Under the pieces are notes generated by a model, which was given only the letters and a program-made list of their open reading frames with translations, was not told the DNA's origin and did not search any database. This document shows, piece by piece, positions 7,500 through 14,115 of a stretch of DNA of 15,235 nt. Source of the DNA: Candidatus Zixiibacteriota bacterium (GTDB taxonomy: Bacteria > Zixibacteria > MSB-5A5 > CAIYYT01). The DNA lies in NCBI GenBank assembly GCA_040235515.1, contig JBECKX010000130.1, positions 1-15,235 of the forward strand. Direction: 5' to 3'. The position numbers and the translations under genes were made by a program. Positions within the stretch are counted from its first letter, which is position 1. Every line of letters starts with the position of its first letter.

Positions 7500-7814
7500 C
7501 TATCTCCACGCCATGAAATGGTAATGCAGATGGAAGACGATTTGTCCCGCCCCGCGACCATTGTTGATCTGCAGCTGGAAATCCTTCGCCTGGTCACCCA
7601 GTTTCTCTCGCACCTTCTTGACAGCATCGGCAAGCATGCGGTGTGTCTCAGCCGGAGCAGAGATGAAATCGGTGTGATGTTCCTTCGGGCAAATCAGCAG
7701 ATGCACAGGCGCTTTGGGATTGATATCCTTGAAGACGATGACTTCATCATCCTGGTAGAAGATATCAGACTTGGCTTCGCCATTGACTATTTTGCAGAAG
7801 ATACAATCATCCAT
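7500..7814 (-). CDS. hinT: HIT (histidine triad) family nucleotide-binding hydrolase, HinT-like
   Basis: Start revised to ATG 7814 (MDDCIFCKI...). 'FKDINPKAPVHLLICPK', 'NNGRGAGQIVFHLHYHF' with the HxHxH triad. 104 aa. Confidence 0.93.
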   Translation of the reverse strand: MDDCIFCKIVNGEAKSDIFYQDDEVIVFKDINPKAPVHLLICPKEHHTDFISAPAETHRMLADAVKKVREKLGDQAKDFQLQINNGRGAGQIVFHLHYHFMAWR

Positions 7815-7823
7815 AGTGCCGGT

Positions 7824-7852
7824 ATAATATCGATTGGAGTTTCCGCCCGCAA
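7824..7852 (-). promoter_or_regulatory. Putative sigma70 promoter of the HIT gene (near-leaderless)
   Basis: TTGCGG (7852-7847), 17 nt, TATTAT (7829-7824), then only 9 nt to the ATG with no Shine-Dalgarno. Confidence 0.5.
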
Positions 7853-7973
7853 GGAGAGACTTGAGTTCGTCACCCTGCTCCACGCGGGCGTGCCAGTTCA
7901 AAACGACCGAGTCCGCATCGCCCCCACCCTACGGCAACGAAAAAAATACGCATCTCCGGTGGCATAAATCTTA

Positions 7974-8003
7974 TTGCCAACAATGATCCCATCTCTCTAT
8001 ATT
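7974..8003 (+). promoter_or_regulatory. Putative sigma70 promoter of sulP
   Basis: TTGCCA (7974-7979), 18 nt, TATATT (7998-8003). Confidence 0.5.
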
Positions 8004-8056
8004 CCCGCCCGTTTATGCTTGCTATTGTGCCGTGCATGTACAACGACGAGTAACTG

Positions 8057-9784
8057 ATGTTTATACCGAAGTTCTTTCAAGTATTACCAGAGTATCGCCG
8101 CTCCTGGCTCAGCGCCGATCTGTTTGCCGGTGTCACCGTCGGGTTGGTGGCGCTACCGCTGGCAATCGCGTTCGCCATTGCGAGTGGCGTTCCACCGGAA
8201 CGTGGCATATTCACCGCAATAGTTGCGGGCTTCTTCATTTCAGCGCTAGGCGGCAGTCGGGTTCAAATCGGTGGCCCTACCGGCGCCTTCGTTGTCATCA
8301 TTGCCGGAATCGTGTCACAGTACGGCTACGAGGGTCTTGTCTACTGCACGCTGATGGCAGGTGCCCTCCTGCTCGCGCTCGGTTTCTTCCGAATGGGTGG
8401 ACTGATCAGGTTCATCCCCTTCCCGGTGACCACAGGATTCACGACCGGAATTGCTGTAGTAATCTTCTCTACTCAGGTCAAAGACTTCCTGGGGCTCCGC
8501 CTCGAGGAGAACCCCTCGGAGTTCATCGAGCAATGGTACAATTACATCACTCATATTGGCACCCTCGACCCGAACAGCCTGCTCGTGGGCGCTTCAACGA
8601 TCATACTGATCCTGGTCACACGACATTTCTTCCCGAAACTGCCATCGATGCTGATCGCCATGTCGCTGGTGACGCTCGCCACCATGCTGCTGGGTCTGGA
8701 TGTGGCCACGATCGGCAGCCGTTTCGGAGATCTGCCGCGCACTCTCCCTACCCCGGGCTTGCCAAGCTTTGAGTGGGCGCAACTCCGTGAATTGGTTGGC
8801 CCGGCGTTCACGGTAGCGATGCTGGCTGCGATCGAATCACTGCTCTCCGCAACTGTCGCTGATGGTATGACCGGTGATCGTCACAAGCCCAACGTTGAAC
8901 TGGTTGCGCAGGGAGTCGCAAACATCTCCTCCGTGATTTTCGGCGGGATTCCAGCGACCGGCGCGATTGCGCGCACCGCGACCAATGTCAAGAGCGGCGC
9001 ACAGACGCCGATTTCAGGGATCATTCACGCACTGACTATCGCCCTTCTGCTGTTGACAGTCGCACCACTGGTTAAGCTGATACCGATGGCGGCGCTGGCG
9101 GGCATCCTGATCGTCGTGAGCTACAACATGAGTGAACTGCACAACTTCCGCAGCTTCATCCACCTTCCCCGCAGTGATGCGATGGTGCTCCTTTCCACCT
9201 TCGCACTCACCGTCATCGTAGACCTCGTAATCGCCGTAGAGGTCGGTATTGTCCTGGCCGCGCTGCTCTTCATTCGCAGGATGAGTGAAGTCAGCAATGT
9301 CGGGATGATCACCCGCGACATAACAGGCGATTCCACGGAGCCTCCCGATCCGAATTCGATTACCAATCGCGAGGTGCCTGAGGGTGTTGAAGTCTTCGAA
9401 ATCCAGGGACCGTTCTTCTTCGGGGCTGCCGACAAGTTCCGTGACGTCGTCCACCAGCTTGAAAAACCCGCGCAGGTGATCGTTCTGCGTCTGCGGAGCG
9501 TACCGGCTGTGGATGCCACCGGCCTTCATGTGCTGCGCGAGTTTGCCCACCGTTGCCGCCGAGATGGGGTTCACCTTATCCTCTCCGGCGTTCATTCGCA
9601 ACCACTCGACGCCATGGTAAAAAGTGGCCTTCTGCAGCAAGTCGGGGAAGAAAACATCTTCGGGCATATCGACGATGCCCTCAATCGCGCCAGGGTGCTG
9701 CTGGGACTCGCCCCGGTGGCCATCCAGCAACCATTTGTGCCCTCAGTGAAGCGCGAGCGGGATCGCGGCAAGAAGAGCCAATAG
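8057..9784 (+). CDS. sulP: SulP/SLC26-family anion transporter with C-terminal STAS domain (YchM/DauA-like)
   Basis: 575 aa. 'DLFAGVTVGLVALPLAIAFAIASG', 'GGSRVQIGGPTGAF', 'NVELVAQGVAN', 'PATGAIARTATN', STAS 'GPFFFGAA...V.AVDATG'. Confidence 0.95.
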   Translation: MFIPKFFQVLPEYRRSWLSADLFAGVTVGLVALPLAIAFAIASGVPPERGIFTAIVAGFFISALGGSRVQIGGPTGAFVVIIAGIVSQYGYEGLVYCTLMAGALLLALGFFRMGGLIRFIPFPVTTGFTTGIAVVIFSTQVKDFLGLRLEENPSEFIEQWYNYITHIGTLDPNSLLVGASTIILILVTRHFFPKLPSMLIAMSLVTLATMLLGLDVATIGSRFGDLPRTLPTPGLPSFEWAQLRELVGPAFTVAMLAAIESLLSATVADGMTGDRHKPNVELVAQGVANISSVIFGGIPATGAIARTATNVKSGAQTPISGIIHALTIALLLLTVAPLVKLIPMAALAGILIVVSYNMSELHNFRSFIHLPRSDAMVLLSTFALTVIVDLVIAVEVGIVLAALLFIRRMSEVSNVGMITRDITGDSTEPPDPNSITNREVPEGVEVFEIQGPFFFGAADKFRDVVHQLEKPAQVIVLRLRSVPAVDATGLHVLREFAHRCRRDGVHLILSGVHSQPLDAMVKSGLLQQVGEENIFGHIDDALNRARVLLGLAPVAIQQPFVPSVKRERDRGKKSQ

Positions 9785-9911
9785 TCGGGCTGCAGACGCG
9801 ATTCAAAAGGGGCTGAGATCGATTTCAGCGGCGGAATTCGGTGACTCTTTCCCATCATGGACTACATTCCAGATTTCCTCCGATTTTTTTGCGAAAATGG
9901 CACAATTCGCC

Positions 9912-9940
9912 TTGACTTTACGACAAAAGCTTTCTATCTA
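9912..9940 (+). promoter_or_regulatory. Putative sigma70 promoter of citrate synthase
   Basis: TTGACT (9912-9917), 17 nt, TATCTA (9935-9940). The -10 is weak. Confidence 0.45.
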
Positions 9941-9952
9941 AGACGCATATTA

Positions 9953-9970
9953 TTGTGAATAAATTCACAT
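9953..9970. promoter_or_regulatory. Palindromic operator matching the Rex box (TTGTGAA-W4-TTCACAA, 1 mismatch) and also CRP/FNR-family TGTGA-N6-TCACA
   Basis: TTGTGAATAAATTCACAT, with perfect core TGTGAAT-aa-ATTCACA, just downstream of the predicted promoter. Confidence 0.7.
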
Positions 9971-10052
9971 TGATTTTTCGGATTACAGTAAAATCCAACT
10001 TGAGGTCTCCTCTATAGCGTATGCTCTGGGAGAGCCAGAAACGAGAAGTGCA

Positions 10053-11354
10053 ATGACAACGCTAACCAAACCAAGAGAAGCGTCCATGCTACTAAAAGAC
10101 AAACTTAATGAAAAATTCCCGAAGGTCGCGGATGAGATCCGCAAACTGGTAAAGGAACACGGCGATAAGAAGATCTCGGAAGTCACCATCGCTCAGGCGT
10201 ACGGTGGCATGCGTGGAGTCAAGGGTCTGGTATGCGACACATCGGAAGTGCCGCCGGACAAGGGCCTGGTGATTCGTGGAATCCCCGTGGGTGAGTTGAC
10301 CGAGAAAACGCCGGAAGAGGTTTTCTGGCTGCTGCTGACCGGTGAGCTTCCGAATGCCGAAGAGGTGAAAGACCTCGGTAATGAGCTGAACAAGCGTGCC
10401 GGCGTACCGCAGTATGTGTGGGATGTCCTGGCTGCGATGCCGAAGGATTCGCATCCGATGGCGATGCTCAACACCGCAATTCTCGTGATGGAGAGAGAGT
10501 CGAAATTCCGCAAGCACTACGACGAAGGCATGCAGAAGTCAGATTACTGGATCTGGACTCTCGAGGATTCACTCGACCTGATCGCCAAGCTCCCTGAGAT
10601 CGCTGCCGGTGTCTACCGCATGCGCTTCAACAAGGGCGATAGAATCAAACATGATCCGAAACTTGACTGGTCAGAGAATTATGTTAAGATGCTCGGTCTG
10701 CCGGATCCCGACGGCAAGTTCGCCGACTGCATGCGCCTCTATCTCGTGCTCCATTCCGACCACGAGTCTGGTAATGTCAGCGCGCACACGACATTCTGTG
10801 TCAACTCGGCACTCTCCGATCTCTACTACTCGCTTTCGGCCGGTTTGAACGGCCTGGCGGGCCCCCTGCATGGATTGGCCAACCAGGAATGCCTCGGCTG
10901 GATTCTTGAAGTGAAAGAGAAATTCGGCGGCGTTCCGACCGAGAAGCAGCTCGAAGAGTTCGCCTGGGAAACCCTCAACTCAGGTAAAGTGATTCCGGGT
11001 TACGGCCATGCGGTGCTCCGCGTCGTCGATCCGCGTTTCGCGGCGTTCCTGAAGTGGGGTAAAGCGAATATCGCCGACGACGAAGTCTTCCAGCTTGTCG
11101 CTCGCGTATTCGACGTGGTCCCGAAAGTGCTGCAGCAAGTTCATAAGATCAAGGATCCGTGGCCGAACGTGGATGCCGGCTCCGGTGCCCTGCTCTATCA
11201 CTATGGTTTGACCGAATTCCCGTACTACACCGTGCTCTTCAGCGTCTCGCGCGCGTTAGGCGTATGCGCCCAAGCAGTTTACGCTCGTGCGATGGGCTGG
11301 CCGATCGAGCGCCCGAAGTCGGTCCCGACCGAATGGCTCAAAAAGCAGGTCTGA
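10053..11354 (+). CDS. gltA: Citrate (Si)-synthase, eukaryotic/mitochondrial type (start may be ATG 10086)
   Basis: 'AYGGMRGVKGLVCDTS', 'LHSDHESGNVSAHT', 'GLAGPLHGLANQE', 'VIPGYGHAVLR..DPR', 'WPNVDA.SG', 'FSVSRALG', 'IERPKS'. Confidence 0.96.
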   Translation: MTTLTKPREASMLLKDKLNEKFPKVADEIRKLVKEHGDKKISEVTIAQAYGGMRGVKGLVCDTSEVPPDKGLVIRGIPVGELTEKTPEEVFWLLLTGELPNAEEVKDLGNELNKRAGVPQYVWDVLAAMPKDSHPMAMLNTAILVMERESKFRKHYDEGMQKSDYWIWTLEDSLDLIAKLPEIAAGVYRMRFNKGDRIKHDPKLDWSENYVKMLGLPDPDGKFADCMRLYLVLHSDHESGNVSAHTTFCVNSALSDLYYSLSAGLNGLAGPLHGLANQECLGWILEVKEKFGGVPTEKQLEEFAWETLNSGKVIPGYGHAVLRVVDPRFAAFLKWGKANIADDEVFQLVARVFDVVPKVLQQVHKIKDPWPNVDAGSGALLYHYGLTEFPYYTVLFSVSRALGVCAQAVYARAMGWPIERPKSVPTEWLKKQV

Positions 11355-11407
11355 TCGGGAATTTGTGCATTTAGTCACAAGATAATACCGAAAACGTGTG
11401 ATCTTGT

Positions 11408-11435
11408 GGAACCAAACAGGGAAATGTGGGTTAAA
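11408..11435 (+). promoter_or_regulatory. Putative ECF-sigma promoter
   Basis: GGAACC (11408-11413), 16 nt, GTTAAA (11430-11435). Preceded by the inverted repeat CACAAGAT-N17-ATCTTGTG (11376-11408). Confidence 0.45.
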
Positions 11436-11440
11436 TAGAG

Positions 11441-11610
11441 TAGAGAAGACACAATAAGAGAAACGACGAGAGATTGAAGTTTCTTTAGAAAAGCCTACCG
11501 GAAGGGCCTGGGGTAAATATCGCTTCAGGTTGCTCCCCGGGGACCCTTCCTTGCCCTACCCTGTACCCAACGGACGGAAGCCGTCGTCAGACAGCTTCCG
11601 TCTTCCTTTT
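11441..11610 (+). ncRNA. Candidate structured small RNA (unknown family)
   Basis: No ORF in the track. Three predicted hairpins, a C-rich single-stranded linker, an upstream promoter-like motif and a 3' terminator, all in the gap between convergent genes. Confidence 0.45.
11573..11610 (+). terminator. Rho-independent terminator
   Basis: GACGGAAGC (11573-11581)/GCTTCCGTC (11594-11602) perfect 9-bp stem plus inner GTC/GAC, followed by TTCCTTTT. Confidence 0.7.
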
Positions 11611-11748
11611 GGGGGTATTCTGCATAAGAGATCACCAGTTTGGTAAATCAAGCTCACCCGGAACTTGGCGGATAGAGTTACGCGATAGAATCACGCCATA
11701 ATATCACGCAATGCGGTGTCAGGTTCATGGAGAATCTGCCCTAAGGCT

Positions 11749-12681
11749 CTACGAAGCAGCACCGCGCCTGCACAACTCCCGCAGTGGCGCAAAACTTATC
11801 AGTTGCGCCCCGCTGGCGGCAACGGCGTCCGTGTACGCTTTGCTTCTCAGTATCTGATAATCCCAGACTCGAAAGCGTGTGATTTCATCCTGCACGAGAC
11901 CGTCTGAATTCAGGTAATCTGGATTAAGCGGATGAAAGAACAGTTCCGTCACGCCCGTTGGCAGGCTCTGCAACAATCCAACAACGAATGCAGTCCTTTG
12001 CTCAAGTGAGTTAAACGAATCAATCGGCGTGTAAACGAGATTGTCTGGAAAATGCAGTCCCGAAGAGCGCAGTTTCTCGATCCAGTCGGCCGGCAATCCC
12101 AGTTGATGCAGCAATGCACGCGATCCCATCCGAATCGGTAGAGCATGCTGCCGCGCCAACTCGACGTACGCAGCGGCGAAAGCCGGTTTCAGCTGCAGTG
12201 TTCCCTCGTGGCTATCGATGTGGCTTATCTCCAGACCGGTGTCGAACGCTGCCTCGATCTGTGCTGACGCCTCCAGAATCGCTTCCGAGGGTAGCGCGTG
12301 CTCGAAGTACTCGTTGCGGTCGTAGTAGAACTCGCCATGCTCATTGAGGAGCGACTTCACCTGGGAAGCATCGCTAACGGGCTTAGCCGGACGATGCTGC
12401 AGAGAGGAAGTCAATGTCAGGTGCACCCCGCAATCAAGCCCTGAGCCGCGCAGCAGCTCGATGCCGGATGCTATTGCGGCTCCGGTCATCATGATCGTCG
12501 TCGAGCTGACTACCCCGTCGGCGTACAGCTCAAGCGCAGTCCGGTTAACGCCCTCGGTCAGCCCGAAATCATCCGCGTTGCAGATCAGGAGCTTCTCAGT
12601 GGCGGAATATCCCAGGTGCTCGGAGAGCGTGCCGACACGTCCGGCGTACGAATATGGCTCAGGTTGCGACCATTGCATCAT
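11749..12681 (-). CDS. ChbG/YdjC-family carbohydrate deacetylase
   Basis: 'LICNADDFG', 'GVHLTL', 'SHIDSHE', 'TELFFHP'. Start revised from TTG 12717 to ATG 12681 (310 aa) because 12717 coincides with a -35 box. Confidence 0.88.
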   Translation of the reverse strand: MMQWSQPEPYSYAGRVGTLSEHLGYSATEKLLICNADDFGLTEGVNRTALELYADGVVSSTTIMMTGAAIASGIELLRGSGLDCGVHLTLTSSLQHRPAKPVSDASQVKSLLNEHGEFYYDRNEYFEHALPSEAILEASAQIEAAFDTGLEISHIDSHEGTLQLKPAFAAAYVELARQHALPIRMGSRALLHQLGLPADWIEKLRSSGLHFPDNLVYTPIDSFNSLEQRTAFVVGLLQSLPTGVTELFFHPLNPDYLNSDGLVQDEITRFRVWDYQILRSKAYTDAVAASGAQLISFAPLRELCRRGAAS

Positions 12682-12688
12682 GCTGGGA

Positions 12689-12717
12689 AGTATACCCAAG
12701 CGGAGGTATCTTTGCAA
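12689..12717 (-). promoter_or_regulatory. Putative sigma70 promoter giving a leaderless deacetylase mRNA
   Basis: TTGCAA (12717-12712), 17 nt, TATACT (12694-12689), 7 nt, ATG (12681). Confidence 0.6.
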
Positions 12718-12726
12718 GCGTGGTGG

Positions 12727-14028
12727 TTAGTCGGCACACTCACCGCAAAGCGGTCCCCCGCCAAAGATGAAATTGATCAGGTAGACAGCATCCCCGATCG
12801 AGACAGCGCCACTGCAGTCGGCATCAGCCGCCCCCGCAACGGGAGACTCCGGTCCGCCACCAAAGATATAGGAGATGATGAAAACAGCGTCCCCGATAGA
12901 GAGGGTACCGTTGCAGTCAGCATCACCCTTCGTGATAAAGCATGCCGGTGACTTCGCCAGCGCAGTAGGGCCATCACCGACAGGAAATGTCTGCAGGATG
13001 GTACCGGCTGAATCGATCTCCGTTACGGTGTCACTGTCGAAATTAGCTGTCGCGACGGTCGAGTCGCTGACCGTTACAACATCAAGCACACCGAAGCCTG
13101 TTTCGAGTGGATTAGCGGGACCATGGAGAAGCTGCCACGCATTGAGATCTACGGTGTAGATTATACCACCAGCAAGCGCATCAGCAGTAGCTTCCGGGCG
13201 ACGCCCCTGGCCTCGCCAGATCGGCAGCTTGCCTGCGTCATTGAGCCTGCCACCGAAGCCCCCTGCTGCCAGGAACGCGACGCCCTGCTTTGTGATCGCG
13301 ATTGAACCCGGAGTTCCCCCGATAAAGAGACTATCCACTTTCGCCAGCGCAACGGGATCGAACTTATATAGCCACCCTTCAATATCGGCGAAATTGCCTG
13401 TCGCGACGATGTAGAGGAAGCCGTCGTAGCCTTCGGCGAGCCATTGTGGATTGATTCCCATGTCGACGACTTTCAGCAACGTATCGGCGTCGAGGTCGTA
13501 CACCTCAAGTTTGCCATCATCGTAGTTGAAGAGTGCGTCGAACGAAGTCAGGCAGATGAATGCCCTGCGGTCTTTGATCAAGATCCCCTCAGGACTGTCG
13601 GAAGCCACCGCATCACCGACCGGAATCTCCGCAATCACGCTTTGCGTGGCGAGGTTGATTTTCGAGAGTGAGGATGTAACGAAGTTGGTGATGTAGAGGG
13701 TGTCATCTGAAAGAAAGGCGCCCGACCAGGGATTGCGACCTCCTCCCAGAAAGACCGCCCCCTGGCTCGAGAAGCTTGTCCGATCCAATAACTGGATTTC
13801 ATCGCTGCCCGAATTGATAACGCAGACCCGGTCGCCGCGTACGAGCACGTCATTCGGGAAGAGTCCCAGTGTCGCGACATTTTGGGTCACCGTTCCGGAA
13901 TCGAGATCAGCCCGATCGAGTGTCTCGCCGAGCCCATTTACAACCAATAGAGAACGGCTATCTGCGGAAGTCGTGCCGGAAAGCATTACGGCAAAAAGAA
14001 TCGTGGTAAGTGCGATGTATCTGAACAT
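12727..14028 (-). CDS. Secreted YncE/YVTN-like beta-propeller (BtuG-like) with C-terminal type I dockerin domain
   Basis: Sec signal peptide without lipobox Cys. Propeller repeats ('LGLFPND', 'GRNPW', 'IPVG..SPEGI', 'GINPQ', 'FPVGDGP'). Duplicated dockerin GDADCNGTLSIGDAVFIISYIFGGGP / ADADCSGAVSIGDAVYLINFIFGGGP at 12927-12751. Confidence 0.85.
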   Translation of the reverse strand: MFRYIALTTILFAVMLSGTTSADSRSLLVVNGLGETLDRADLDSGTVTQNVATLGLFPNDVLVRGDRVCVINSGSDEIQLLDRTSFSSQGAVFLGGGRNPWSGAFLSDDTLYITNFVTSSLSKINLATQSVIAEIPVGDAVASDSPEGILIKDRRAFICLTSFDALFNYDDGKLEVYDLDADTLLKVVDMGINPQWLAEGYDGFLYIVATGNFADIEGWLYKFDPVALAKVDSLFIGGTPGSIAITKQGVAFLAAGGFGGRLNDAGKLPIWRGQGRRPEATADALAGGIIYTVDLNAWQLLHGPANPLETGFGVLDVVTVSDSTVATANFDSDTVTEIDSAGTILQTFPVGDGPTALAKSPACFITKGDADCNGTLSIGDAVFIISYIFGGGPESPVAGAADADCSGAVSIGDAVYLINFIFGGGPLCGECAD

Positions 14029-14115
14029 GGTAGATTCCTTATTGATTCACATAGTTCAAGTCACAGTTGGTTTGATCTGAGAAGATTCGGAGACACGAAG
14101 CCACACCTGTTGAGG

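Noticed and set aside
7815..7901. 29-aa N-terminal extension of the HIT ORF
   Set aside because: HIT proteins start at M-x-x-CIFC, and the extension overlaps a promoter-like motif and a hairpin.
7815..7970. tRNA, 6S RNA or fluoride riboswitch in the hinT-sulP gap
   Set aside because: No cloverleaf or T-loop, no convincing long closing stem with central bubble, and only GGCGATG of the crcB motif is present without the rest.
9014..9730. 238-aa antisense ORF inside sulP (and similar shadows such as 8032-8772, 7518-7967, 10092-10517)
   Set aside because: They fully overlap well-supported genes, have no recognisable motifs, and are expected shadows of GC-rich codon usage.
11716..11907. 63-aa + strand ORF as the target of the ECF-like promoter
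   Set aside because: It lies beyond the terminator and overlaps the deacetylase gene antisense.
14029..14115. Cobalamin riboswitch between receptor and propeller
   Set aside because: Only 87 bp with no B12-box motifs. Any riboswitch would lie upstream of the receptor, outside the window.
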